Shown here one piece after another: positions 53,037 through 63,948 of a stretch of 64,000 nt of DNA (positions are counted from its first letter, which is position 1; each line of letters begins with the position of its first letter). The position numbers and the translations under genes were made by a program. The DNA is from an uncultured Chloroflexia bacterium (GTDB lineage: Bacteria > Chloroflexota > UBA6077 > JACCZL01). The stretch is from the NCBI GenBank assembly GCA_963765765.1, contig CAVXYC010000014.1, positions 128,001 to 192,000 on the forward strand, read 5' to 3'. Below the pieces are notes generated by a model that saw nothing but the letters and a program-made list of their open reading frames with translations, did no database searches and was not told the DNA's origin.

Positions 53037-53655
53037 ATGGAGCTTAACGAGCGCGCAGCAGCACTAGAGGGCGTGATCCAGGGGCGACGTTCGGTCCGGA
53101 GTTATTCTGGCCAACCCATACCGGATGTGGTGCTCAACGCGATCGTGGACGCCGGGCGTTGGGCGCCTTCGCCACATCATTCGCTGCCATTCCGCTTCGT
53201 AGTGCTTACCGGGGCGCCCGCGCGCGAGGCGCTCAGCGAGGCTATGGCCAATCAGTGGCGGCGAGACCTGGCCGGCGACGGAGTACCGGAATCGACGATC
53301 CAGACAGAGGTGGCCAAGTCACGCAAGCGACTTCTGGGCGCCGCGGCGATCATCGTGGGATGCGTCTACCTGGATCCGCTCGACACGTACCCGGACGCAA
53401 CACGCCAGCAGGCAGAGCACACGATGGCCGCGCATGCGCTTGGCGCAGCTCTGCAGAACATGATGCTTACCGCGCACGCCCACGGCCTCGGAAGCGCGTG
53501 GATGTGCGCGCCCCTTTTCTGCCCGGACACGGTGCGGCTTGCGCTTGACCTGCCCGGAACATGGATACCGCACGCGCTCATTACTCTCGGCTACGCTGCG
53601 CGGGTGCCACCGCCAGGAGCACGGCCATCAATTGAGGAAATCGTCATCCGTAAGT
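53037..53655 (+). CDS. Stand-alone nitroreductase, FbiB C-terminal-domain-like; 3' end uncertain
   Basis: RRSVRSY, WAPSPHHSLPFRFVV, WRRDLAGDG, YPDATRQQAE, GSAWMCAPLFCPDTVR; ORF runs on to 53852, probably through an indel. Confidence 0.8.
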
Positions 53656-53745
53656 CAGCACCGGCTCGCCGGCAATCCAGGAGCAGAGTAATCGGCTTCC
53701 CCGCCCGTGGCCGCGATACAGACATCGCGTGTACCCTGAGTCTGC

Positions 53746-54439
53746 ATGAGCCAATCAGTTCCCCAACACCATTCGCCCGCGTTCACCGCGATTGCCGCCT
53801 TGTTCGTGACTGCGCTTATCACGGCCAATATCGTCGCGGTGAAGCTCATTGACATCGGCGGATTTGTACTCTCAGCCGCAATCGTTATCTTCCCGATCAG
53901 CTACATACTGGGCGACGTGCTGACCGAGGTGTATGGCTACGCCAGGGCGCGTCGGGTCATCTGGCTCGGGTTTGGCTGTAATCTGTTGGCCGGCCTCGCG
54001 ATCATGGCAGCCGGGGCGTTGCCTCCAGCAGCGTTCTGGGCCGAGAACCAGAAGGCGTACGACACGATTCTGGGCGTGGCGCCACGAATACTTATCGGAT
54101 CCTTCGCAGCGTATCTCGTGGGCGAATTCGCCAACGCTGTCGTCCTGGCGCGGATGAAAGTCGCCACCGATGGTCGGCATCTCTGGGCCCGGACCATAGG
54201 ATCCACAATCGTCGGGCAGGGGCTGGACTCGCTGGTGTTCGTTTCCATCGCCTTCATGGGCATCATTCCTGGCGATGTGCTCTGGATGACGATCGTCAAC
54301 CAATGGCTTGCCAAAACTGCCTACGAAACCGTTGCCACGCCACTCACCTATGTGGTGGTGGGTTGGCTAAAGCGCATTGAGGGAGTCGACGTTCTATGAC
54401 CGCCAAACGAGCTTCAATCCGCTCACGCTGGTGGACTAG
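53746..54439 (+). CDS. Queuosine precursor transporter (YhhQ/VUT family), extra base near 54392
   Basis: ANIVAVKL, FPISYILGDVLTEVYGY, RILIGSFAAYLVGEFAN, STIVGQGLDS; corrected tail VDVYDRQTSFNP. Confidence 0.9.
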
Positions 54440-54512
54440 ACGGCGGACCACTCATCCAGAACAGACCATCCTCAGCGTACCTACACTAAACCTCGTACAT
54501 GATGTGCGACTT

Positions 54513-54530
54513 TGTAAGTAATCACTTACA
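54513..54530. promoter_or_regulatory. Palindromic operator upstream of VOC gene
   Basis: TGTAAGT-AATC-ACTTACA. Confidence 0.5.
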
Positions 54531-54582
54531 CTGCGCGGAGTGCGTGAGCTAGCGTGTCTAGAATATCCTCGGGAGGCCATCT

Positions 54583-55369
54583 ATGCCTGTTGTGACCAGT
54601 TACAAGCAAGGAACGCCCTGTTGGGTCGATCTGGCAACAACCGACGAGGCCGGCGCCATCGCCTTCTATGGCGGGCTATTTGGCTGGACGGAAGAGGCCA
54701 TGCCAATGGGCCCAGATCAGTACTACCACATGTTCTCCCTCAAGGGGAGCACCGTAGCCGGCATGTATAAGCAGGGTCCTGAGATGGGCGACCACCCTCC
54801 GTACTGGGCCACGTACATCGCAGTGGACAATGCTGATGAAGCCGGGCAAGCGCGCGACGGACGAAGGCGGCAAGGTGGTCATGGAACCGTCGGACGTTAC
54901 GATTCTGGCCGAATGGTGATGATCCAGGACCCACAGGGAGCCTTCGTTGCACTGTGGCAGGCTAAGAACCACATCGGTTCGCAGATCGTCAACGAGCCGG
55001 GCTCCGTGGCCTGGAGCGAGCTCATGACGACCGACTCCAACGCCGCAGGCGAGTTTTACAGTAAGGTGCTCGGCGTCGAGGCCGCGAAGATGCCCATGCC
55101 CGGCATGGTCTACACGCTGCTCAAGGTTGACGGCCATGAGGTCGCCGGAGTGATGGACATCATCGCCGGAGATGGGTCCGATGCCGCCGCACTGGAGCGT
55201 GTATTTCGCCGTGGATGACACCGACGCGATGACTTCCAAGGCGGAGTCGCTGGGCGCGAAGGTCATGGTGCCGCCATCCGACATCCCCGAGGTGGGACGC
55301 TTCGCGGTGCTTCAGGATCCGCAGGGCGCCGTGTTCAACATCATCAGGGTGAACAACTCTCCGCAATAG
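54583..55369 (+). CDS. Tandem VOC/glyoxalase protein (Cfp32/Rv0577-like), several indels
   Basis: GTPCWVDLATTD, FYGGLFGW, DPQGA twice, NEPGSVAWSEL. Confidence 0.88.
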
Positions 55370-55386
55370 GGATCTAGGACGACAAA

Positions 55387-55425
55387 CAAAAGGCGGGACG
55401 AGGTGATTCCTCGTCCCGCCTTTTG
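55387..55425 (+). terminator. Intrinsic terminator
   Basis: CAAAAGGCGGGACGAGG-TGATT-CCTCGTCCCGCCTTTTG. Confidence 0.85.
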
Positions 55426-55517
55426 ATTGCCGCTGAATTTGGCCACTTCGAGATGAATTCTCGCGGTCCAGGATTGTTACGATAACGCCGCGCGTCATCG
55501 ATAGGAAGGGACCAGCT

Positions 55518-55902
55518 ATGACACAGGAAGTTATTCGCCCCGCCGGCACCGGCCCGGCCACCGTTCCTCTCTCGCCCGGAATTCGGGCCAACGGATTCAT
55601 CTTCGTTTCCGGACAGACCGGCCGCAGTCCTGCCACTGGTGCTGTGCCGTGAGGGTATGGCAGCGCAGGCGACCCAGGCGCTGGAGAACATGAAGACCGT
55701 GCTCGAGGCGGGCGGGTCGTCTATGGATAAGGTCGTCAAGTGCACTGTATTCATCACCGACGTCTCGCGCTTTGGTGAGATGAACGAGGTGTATCGCACC
55801 TACTTCCCGAGCGACCGATTTCCCGCGCGTAGTACCGTGGAGGTCAGCGCGCTCGCCGGCAAGGACATGATCGTCGAAATCGAGGCGATCGCCCTTGCCT
55901 GA
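55518..55902 (+). CDS. RidA (YjgF/YER057c/UK114) family protein, frameshift near 55649
   Basis: PLSPGIRANGFIFVSGQ then QATQALENMKTVLEAGG, MNEVY, PARSTVEV, VEIEAIA. Confidence 0.88.
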
Positions 55903-56953
55903 GCCGCCCAACCCTCTACGAGTGTTCATTGCCACGCCGCTCGAGGCAGAATTCGCCCAACAGATTGCTGATCTCGACCCTCGCATCGAGTTGATCTACC
56001 GACCGGATCTACTTGGCCCGAGCGAGTATCCTGGCGATCATTTCGGCGCGCCAATTGAGCGGACCCCGGAACAGCAGGCCGAGTGGGAGGCGTGCTTCGC
56101 GAACGCTCATGTGATCTGGGATTTCGATCGAGATCGTCCCTCGGAGCTGCTTAGTATGGCGCCCAGTCTCAGATTGGCATTCCATACCAGCTCCGGAGTC
56201 GCGGGCTGGCTCGGTCAGTCAGGGCTGATCGAGTCCGATGTGCTGGTCACCAATGCGGCCGGAATCCACGCGATACCGATGGCCGAATGGGCAATGTTTG
56301 CCATGCTGTATTTCGCGAAAAACGTTCGACGCATTCAGACGAGCCAGCGGCTGCATTATTGGGACAAGCGCTACTGTCCGGCCGAGCTAGACGGCGCTAC
56401 GCTCGCGCTCGTCGGTCTGGGCGCGGTGGGCTCTGAGATTGCCCGCCGCGCTCACCAGTTTGGCATGCGAGTTCTCGCCCACCGACGACGTACGGATGAA
56501 CCACTTCCGCCGAATGTGCCGGTCGATGAACAGTTCTCTCGTGAGCGTCTGCGGGAGATGCTCTCTCAGGCGGATTATGTAGTGCTAATTGTCGCATCTA
56601 CTGCTGAGACGATTGGCATGATCGGCCGCGAGGAGCTCGAGGCGTTGCCACCGAACGCGGTACTCATCAACCTGGCGCGCGGCGCCGTTGTTGATCAGCA
56701 GGAGCTAACTGCAGCCCTGGAGAACAACTGGATCGCCGGGGCAGCGCTGGACGTCTTCAATCCGGAGCCGCTCGAGCCCGACAGCATGCTCTGGGACCTA
56801 CCCAACGTGCTCGTGACGTCACATGCGATCAGCCATTCCCAGAACGAGAATGAGCGGCTCACGGCACTGTTCTGCAGCATCTTACGGGCCTACCTGAATG
56901 GCGATCCGATCCCGAACCTGGTGGACAAAAGGCTGGGCTATAGCCCGAGCTAG
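55895..56953 (+). CDS. D-2-hydroxyacid dehydrogenase
   Basis: VTNAAGIHAIPMAE, VGLGAVG, INLARGAVVD, AALDVFNPEPL, VTSH. Confidence 0.9.
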   Translation: MPEPPNPLRVFIATPLEAEFAQQIADLDPRIELIYRPDLLGPSEYPGDHFGAPIERTPEQQAEWEACFANAHVIWDFDRDRPSELLSMAPSLRLAFHTSSGVAGWLGQSGLIESDVLVTNAAGIHAIPMAEWAMFAMLYFAKNVRRIQTSQRLHYWDKRYCPAELDGATLALVGLGAVGSEIARRAHQFGMRVLAHRRRTDEPLPPNVPVDEQFSRERLREMLSQADYVVLIVASTAETIGMIGREELEALPPNAVLINLARGAVVDQQELTAALENNWIAGAALDVFNPEPLEPDSMLWDLPNVLVTSHAISHSQNENERLTALFCSILRAYLNGDPIPNLVDKRLGYSPS

Positions 56954-56962
56954 AGCGAGAGG

Positions 56963-57041
56963 GCGGAGAGGTCACAGGCTAGAGGTCAGGGAAGTCATGG
57001 AGATCGGAGCCTGTCCCTGACCTCACGCCTCGCCTCTCCGC
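56963..57041. repeat. Heptamer-built palindrome, same family as 46822-46908
   Basis: GCGGAGAGGTCACAGGCTAGAGGTCAGGGA ... TCCCTGACCTCACGCCTCGCCTCTCCGC. Confidence 0.7.
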
Positions 57042-57112
57042 GGGCAAATCGATATTCAGCTCGTACGCCCGTACCGGGATTTTCGGAACGCGCGGTCGGT
57101 GATAATGGAGCC

Positions 57113-59870
57113 ATGACCGATATTGGGGCTCCGCGAGCCGAGCCGATCGACCGATTGCGCGATGACGTGCACCTGCTCGGGACGTTGGTGGGCGAGGTCC
57201 TGCTCGAGCAGGGCGGCACGGACTTATTCGAGAGCGTTGAGCGAATCCGGCGCGGCGCCATCGCCGCCCGCTCCGCCAACCCACCAGATCCGGTGGTGTT
57301 CGATGAGCTCATTGCCTGGATCTCGACGCAGTCGACTGCCAGACTGCTGGAGATTGTGCGCGCATTTGGCGTGTACTTTCATCTCATTAACCTGGCCGAG
57401 CAGAATCACCGCTTGCGCGTCCTCCGACAGCGCGCGGCGTCCGGCCAGGAGGTGGCCCAGTCAATCGAGGCCGGCATAGAGAGCGCGCGTCGCTCGGGCC
57501 ATTCGGCGGAGCGTATCGCCGAATCGCTTGCCAGGCTCCACATTCACCCGGTGCTCACGGCGCACCCCTCGGAAACGCGTCGGCGAACCTTGCTCCAGCA
57601 CCTGGAAACGGCAACGGCACTGATCGCCCGTCTCGATGACCCCAGGCTCACTCCGAAGGAGCGGGACGGCACACTTGATGAGCTGCGTCTGCGCATCACG
57701 CTTATCTGGCAAACCAGCGAGGTTCGCCTCGAGCGGCCCTCCGTGCTTGATGAAGTGCAAAGCGTTCTGTTCGTTCTCAGCGGCCCGATGCTCCAAGCCG
57801 TGAGCGACGTTCAAAGAGAACTGGACCACTGGCACCGTGAGCTCAAAGCGCCCGGATTTGACCAGCCCCGACCGACGATCCGACTGGGCACCTGGGTAGG
57901 CGCGGATCGGGATGGCAATCCTGCCGTCACGCCCGAGGTCACACGCGCCGCTTTCCGACTGGGTCGGGTCGCAGTGATCCGCCACTATCGCGACGCCGTC
58001 ACGGCCCTGGGCCGCGACCTGAGTATCTCGGGGCGTCTCATCGGCGCGTCCGACACATTGATGGACTCCATTGCCGTGGATCTTCAAGAGCTGGGCGTGG
58101 AGCCAGTCCGCGCCTGGGCCGATGAGCCATACAGGCGCAAACTCGGCCTCATCAATGAGCGCCTGCGGCGCGCGGAGGAGGGTCGGCAGGGTGGTTTCTC
58201 GTCGGCTGACGAGCTCTTAGCGAATCTCGAGCTGATTGCCGATAGCTTGCGCGCTCACGGCGCCGGGCGTATCGCGGATGGCCCGGTTCACACGCTCATG
58301 CGCCAGGCCGAGACGTTTGGATTCCATCTCGCGGAGATGGAGATTCGCCAGCACTCCGAGCGCCACGCACGAGCCGTATCGGAGCTGCTGGGCATCATCG
58401 GCACTCCAGGCTACGTCGAGCTCTCCGAGCCTGAACGATGCGCAACTCTGGAACAACATCTTTCGGGCCCTGCCCTGGCGATCATCCCGGAGGCGCTCAC
58501 GGCCACAACGAGGGAGGTGCTGGCCACTTTCGACGCCATGCGCGACGCCCAGGAGATGTGCGGCGCTGACGCCTGCAAGACGTACGTCATCTCGATGTGC
58601 CGCTCGGTCAGTGATGTCCTGGCGGTCCTTTTCCTGGCGCGGGAAAGTGGCCTCTTCTCCTGGGACGGAAGTAATGAGGCCAGCGTGCGTCTTGACGTTG
58701 CCCCGCTCTTCGAGACAATTCAGGAGCTGCAAAACGCCGGGGAGATCATGAGCCGGCTCCTGGCGAGCCCGGCCTATCGAACCGTGCTGCGGGCGCGCGG
58801 CAATCATCAGCAGGTCATGGTTGGCTACTCCGACAGTAACAAAGACGGAGGCTACCTGGCCGCGGCCTGGGAGACGTATCGAGCCCAACAGCGGTTGGTG
58901 CAGTCGCTCGCGCCAGAAGGCGTGAGACTCACGATTTTTCACGGGCGCGGTGGAGCCATCGGTCGAGGCGGCGGCCCGTCGGCCCGCGCTGTCAGGGCGC
59001 AACCGCCGGAAGTGGCGCGAGGCGGGGAATTCAAGATGACCGAGCAGGGTGAGATCATTACGGCACGCTACTCAAACCGAGATCTCGCCGCCAGACAGCT
59101 TCAGCAAATCTCCTTCGCTCTCCTGACTGTCCTCGTAAATGACTCTGAGCAGTCACCACGGCCGGAGTGGCTTCAGATCATGGATGAGCTGTCCGAAGCA
59201 TCCCGCACGACGTATGAATCGCTCATCAAGCATACGGACGGTTTCATCACCCTTTTCCACCAGATGACGCCGTTCCCGGAGCTCGCCTCGTTGAACCTGG
59301 CATCGCGCCCGGTGAGCCGCTGGTCTTCCGATACAACCACGGCCGATTTCAGCGAGCTGCGGGCCATTCCCTGGGTCTTCAGCTGGACGCAGACTCGCAC
59401 GAATTTGCCCGGCTGGTTTGGCATCGGCACGGCTCTCACTTCAGCAATCGAGAAGCACGGTGACCAGACGCTTCAGGACATGTACCGCGAGCTGGCAGTT
59501 CTTCGCGGCAACCATAGATAACGCCCAGGTTAGCCTTGGCACAGCGGACATGGTGATGGCTCGCCAATACGCCAAGCTCGCCCAGGATGCATCCCAATTC
59601 CAGGCAGTTGATCGCGAGTATCAGCTCGCCGTGACGAGCGTGCAAAGCGTGACCGGCCACGCCACGCTGCTGGGCGATCAGTCACTGCTGGCCCGATCGA
59701 TCCGACTGCGGAATCCGTACGTGGATGCGCTCCACATGGCCCAGATCACCCTGCTTCGTCGTGTCAGGTCGTTGCCAGAGCGAGGCGAGGACAAGGAACG
59801 CGCTACACTCCTGGACGCAATTCATCATTCCATCAACGGCATTGCCGCGGGACTTCAGACCGCGGGCTAA
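57113..59870 (+). CDS. ppc: Phosphoenolpyruvate carboxylase, frameshift near 59490
   Basis: VLTAHPSE, WVGADRDGNP, MVGYSDSNKDGG, FHGRGGAIGRGGGP, TEQGE, LRAIPWVFSWTQ, RNPYVD, INGIAAGLQ. Confidence 0.95.
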
Positions 59871-59915
59871 TGTCGCCCGGCACGCCACACGGCTCGGGAG
59901 AGACGGAGCGTCATC

Positions 59916-61016
59916 GTGCTTCCAGGCACCGTCATCGGTCAATCCAAGTGGGACGTCGATACCCCGGCGATTTTGCTCGATCTAGACATCGTTGAGCGCA
60001 ATATCGCCGCCATGGCGGACGTATTCCGCAACTCGCCGGTGAAACTTCGTCCACACGCCAAAACGCACAAATCGCCGCATCTCGCGCTTATGCAGATCGC
60101 CGCGGGGGCCATCGGCATCACCGTCGCCAAGCTGGGCGAGGCGGAGGTCATGGCCGCGGCCGGCGTGGACAACATCCTGATCAGCTCGGAGATCGTTGGT
60201 CCCAGCAAGGTGGCTCGGCTTATTGGGCTCGCGCACCAGGTTAACGTCCTGACGGTCGTGGACGACCTAGCGGCGGCGCGCATCATCGGCGAAGCCGCCC
60301 AAACGGCGGGCGTGCGCCTGCAGACACTGATCGACCTGGACACGGGGCATCACCGAACCGGTATCAACGCCGGCACCCGGCGCTCAATCTGGCGAAGGAG
60401 GTCGCCCGCTTGCCAGGATTAGATCTCATCGGCTTGCAGGGCTATGAGGGTCACCTTCAGCACATCGAGGGCCTGGAAGAGCGGAGCAACGGTGAAGCCG
60501 AGTCGCTTGGCCAGCTAGTCGAGACGCGGCAGATTGATCGAAGCCGCCGGGATTCCGTTGTCCATCGTGAGTACCGGCGGTACGGGCACTCATCGAATTC
60601 TGGCCGCGCAAGGTGGTGTGACGGAGATCCAGGCCGGCTCCTACGTCGTGATGGATACGCATTACGCCACTATCGAGGGAGTAACGTTTGGCCACGCACT
60701 GACGTGCATGACCACAGTGCTCAGCAAGACCAAGCCCAACCGCTGCATCATCGATGCAGGCCACAAGACGCTGAGCCTCGACAGTGGGCCATCCGCTCCA
60801 AAGGATCTACCAGGCGCGCACTACATTGCCGCGGGCGATGAGCACGGCGTGATCGAGTTCGACAATGGTCATTGCCCGCTCAACGTGGGTGACCGCGTTG
60901 AGATGATTCCTCGCCACTGCGACCCCACGATCAATCTTCACGATTGGTATCACGTGACGCGGGGCGATAACGTGGTTGCGCTCTGGCCTGTGGCCGCACG
61001 AGGGCGGGTGCAATAG
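59916..61016 (+). CDS. DSD1/D-threonine aldolase-like fold-type III PLP enzyme, frameshifts near 60375 and 60535
   Basis: DTPAILLD, LRPHAKTHKS, GLQGYEGH, STGGTGT, DAGHK, DEHG, PRHCDPTINL. Confidence 0.88.
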
Positions 61017-61135
61017 CCTGACGGATCCTTACTTACTCCACGGATAGAGCATCCGGGAGCGGATTCGCACGGCAGAAGCGTGTCACATGAATCGGGGTCC
61101 GAATACATCGATTGGTGGAGTGATACTCTCGAACC

Positions 61136-62035
61136 ATGCCGCGCATTCTTATCACCGGCGGTAACGGCCTCCTCGGCACCAAAGTCATCGAGCAAGCGCT
61201 TGCTCGACCTGAGATCGACATCATCTCGACCTCACGCGACGTCTGCCAGAACGACTATCTGGGTCAGTTCACGTTCAGCCGGCTCGATATCAGGGATGTC
61301 GATTCCGTTCAGCGCGTGTTCGACCAGCATCAGCCTGACGTGGTGATTCACACCGCGGCAATGACCAATGTCGATGCCTGTGAGAGCCATCGCGACGAAG
61401 CCTGGGCCATCAATGTGAGCGGCACCGAGCACGTGGCGCAGACCTGTCGCGACATCGGCGCGCGCCTGGTCCATCTCTCGACGGAGTATGTGTACGACGG
61501 CACAGCCGGACCGTATACGGAAACGGACCCTGTCAATCCGCTCGGCTGGTACGCAAAGACCAAATGGGAGAGCGAAGAGCGCGTGCGCGCCATAGTTGAG
61601 AATGCCGTGATCGGACGGACAACGATCATCGTCGGCCAGGCGCCGCACGTCCGTCCGAACTTCGTCTTATGGCTGGTGAACCAGCTCCGCAGCGGCCAGC
61701 CAGCGAAGATCGTGGTAGATCAGATTGGCTCGCCGACGCTCGCTGAAAACCTCGCGGAAATGGTGTTAGCCCTGGCGCTGAGCGACGCGCGCGGGGTGTA
61801 CCACACAGCCGGGGATACGGTGATCGGCCGATACGATTACGCGCGTCTCATCTGTGCCGTATTCGATATTGACTCGTCCATGTTGATACCTATTACCACC
61901 GCGGAGCTGAATCAACCGGCGCCACGTCCCCTGAAGGCTGGTCTCTTGATGGATCACTTCAAGCAAGATTTCCCCGGCGTTCACGTGCTCTCAGCCCGCG
62001 AGGGCCTGGAAGCCATCAAAGCCCAGGTGACCTAG
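61136..62035 (+). CDS. rfbD: dTDP-4-dehydrorhamnose reductase-like SDR
   Basis: TGGNGLLG, HTAAMTNVDACE, STEYVYDG, YAKTK, DQIGSPT, APRP. Confidence 0.85.
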   Translation: MPRILITGGNGLLGTKVIEQALARPEIDIISTSRDVCQNDYLGQFTFSRLDIRDVDSVQRVFDQHQPDVVIHTAAMTNVDACESHRDEAWAINVSGTEHVAQTCRDIGARLVHLSTEYVYDGTAGPYTETDPVNPLGWYAKTKWESEERVRAIVENAVIGRTTIIVGQAPHVRPNFVLWLVNQLRSGQPAKIVVDQIGSPTLAENLAEMVLALALSDARGVYHTAGDTVIGRYDYARLICAVFDIDSSMLIPITTAELNQPAPRPLKAGLLMDHFKQDFPGVHVLSAREGLEAIKAQVT

Positions 62036-62115
62036 AGGTTCCAGGACACGGCAATCGGCCTGGATACCGCGACCACTGGCATTGGTGGGGCACTGAATTT
62101 GCGGAACCTCTACCC

Positions 62116-62146
62116 GGGAATACGGCGGAAAGCGCTGCGTTATACT
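62116..62146 (+). promoter_or_regulatory. ECF (SigH/SigR-like) promoter overlapping a sigma70 -10, upstream of trxA
   Basis: GGAAT-N17-GTT then TATACT. Confidence 0.5.
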
Positions 62147-62205
62147 CAGCAGACTAAGATGACCACCGTGCACCTGACACGGTTGGACATGGTGGGAGAA
62201 AGCGA

Positions 62206-62528
62206 ATGACAAAGCCCGTTGCGATTCAAGATGCGACGTTTGAGCAGGAAGTGACGCAGTCGGGTACGCCCGTCTTGGTAGATTTCTGGGCAGAGTGGTG
62301 CGGTCCCTGCAAAATGATCGCCCCGGTGCTCGAGCAGATTGCCGAGGAGAAGGGCGAGGCTCTCAAGATTGCAAAGCTCGACGTCGACGCGAACACGGGC
62401 ACGGCTCAGAGCTTCGGAGTGACCGGTATTCCGACCTTGATCCTCTTCAAAGACGGCAAGCCGGTCGAGCGAATCGTTGGCTTCCTCCGAAGCCGCAGCT
62501 CCTCCGACGCATCGAGCCGCATCTCTAG
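62206..62528 (+). CDS. trxA: Thioredoxin, frameshift near 62486
   Basis: [26 protein letters not shown]; corrected tail [16 protein letters not shown]. Confidence 0.95.
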
Positions 62529-62545
62529 CTTCACAAGCACCAACT

Positions 62546-62583
62546 ATGCAAGAAGCCGCGATGAATGTCGCGGCTTCTTGCAT
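62546..62583 (+). terminator. Hairpin after trxA, probable terminator
   Basis: ATGCAAGAAGCCGCGA-N6-TCGCGGCTTCTTGCAT; second hairpin at 62615-62646. Confidence 0.7.
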
Positions 62584-62753
62584 GTATTGATCGAGAGCTC
62601 GTAACAAGCGCGACGTGTCTCCGGTAGCCGGCGCTACCGGAGACACCGGCTCGGAGAGCCCCTGTCCGGCGGGTTCGCTAGATTTGCCTGTCGCACAACC
62701 CGATCGATGAATGCCCGTTCAATGATAAGCACTGCCCACCCCGGAGAACCTGT

Positions 62754-63875
62754 ATGAAGATCCCCACGCTCGCACTCACCGCGTTATGCGCGGCTTTACT
62801 TGGCGCATCCATACTGACGCCAACTGCTCGAGCGCAGTACGTCGCCCAGAGCCCCGAGTATGGCGCCAGCGCCTTTATCTTTGGTGTGCCTGAAACAACC
62901 GCGCGCGATCTGAACACTCTGACAAGCTCAGGCTTCGGCTGGGCCAAGATGATGGTTCCGTGGCGGTCCGTTGAGAACTCGTGCAAGAGCTGTCTCGACT
63001 GGTCCGACCTGGATCGCTCAGTGGTCGCTGCCAACGCCGCGGGTGTGAAGGTTCTGTTGCGCATCGACTTCTCGCCCCCGTGGGCAGCGGAAGTACAGAC
63101 GGACAACAGTCCGCCCGCCAACCCAGACGACTTCATCGACTTCATGAATCGCCTGGTGGATCGTTACCGAACCGATTCAACCATCGGCCGCGTTCATGCC
63201 GTCCAGATCTGGAACGAGCCGAATCTCACCCGGGATTGGGGTGAGAAACCCATCACGCAGCAAGCCGCGGGCGAGTATGCCTACCTGCTGAAGGAGACGT
63301 ACAAGTCGATCAAGGCAGTGGACCCGAACATCACCGTGGTTACAGCCGGACTTTCCCCGACCGCCACGATGGACGGTACGGCAGCGCCCGATGACGTCTA
63401 CCTCGACTGGCTGTTCCAGGCCGGCATCAAAGGTTACTACGACGTGCTGGGAGCACATGGCGCGGGATATGGCAACCCGCCCGAAACCGATGTCATGAGC
63501 GTTCCCGGCTATGACTATCCGGCCTTTTACTTCCGCCGCGTGGAGCAGCTTCGAGCAATCCAGGAGCGTTACGGCGATGGCGCCAAGCAGATCTGGCTTC
63601 TGGAATTCGGCTGGACAACTGACAAGGTGAACCCGGCCTACTCATGGTTTGCTGTGACACCCGAGCAACAGGCCGATTACATCATTCGAGCCTACAAGTT
63701 CGCCAGCGCCAACTGGGCGCCATGGATTGGCGTCATGTTCCTCTGGACCTTCAACGATCCACGCTGGTCGCCCGCGAACGAGCAGTACTGGTGGGCTGTC
63801 AATGAAACCGACGGCACCCCCCGACCGGCGCTTACTGCATTCAAAGAAGCGCGCGCGTCAGGAGTACTTCCTTAG
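62754..63875 (+). CDS. Secreted clan-A glycoside hydrolase (GH5/GH39-like)
   Basis: Signal peptide, QIWNEPN (acid/base), WLLEFGW (nucleophile). Confidence 0.88.
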   Translation: MKIPTLALTALCAALLGASILTPTARAQYVAQSPEYGASAFIFGVPETTARDLNTLTSSGFGWAKMMVPWRSVENSCKSCLDWSDLDRSVVAANAAGVKVLLRIDFSPPWAAEVQTDNSPPANPDDFIDFMNRLVDRYRTDSTIGRVHAVQIWNEPNLTRDWGEKPITQQAAGEYAYLLKETYKSIKAVDPNITVVTAGLSPTATMDGTAAPDDVYLDWLFQAGIKGYYDVLGAHGAGYGNPPETDVMSVPGYDYPAFYFRRVEQLRAIQERYGDGAKQIWLLEFGWTTDKVNPAYSWFAVTPEQQADYIIRAYKFASANWAPWIGVMFLWTFNDPRWSPANEQYWWAVNETDGTPRPALTAFKEARASGVLP

Positions 63876-63948
63876 GGGGTGAGGGGGCCAGGGACGAAAT
63901 TCCTGCATCAACGTTCCTGCCCCCTAACCCCTAATTCCTGACCCTTAG
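63873..63948. repeat. Degenerate heptamer palindrome
   Basis: TAGGGGGTGAGGGGGCCAGG ... CCTGCCCCCTAACCCCTA. Confidence 0.5.

Noticed and set aside
53655-53745. preQ1 riboswitch before the queuosine-precursor transporter
   Set aside because: No preQ1 stem or A-rich tail; a TACCCT -10 just before ATG suggests a leaderless mRNA
55640-55660. In-frame TGA in RidA as a selenocysteine codon
   Set aside because: Conserved RidA sequence continues in a different frame, so it is an indel, not UGA read-through
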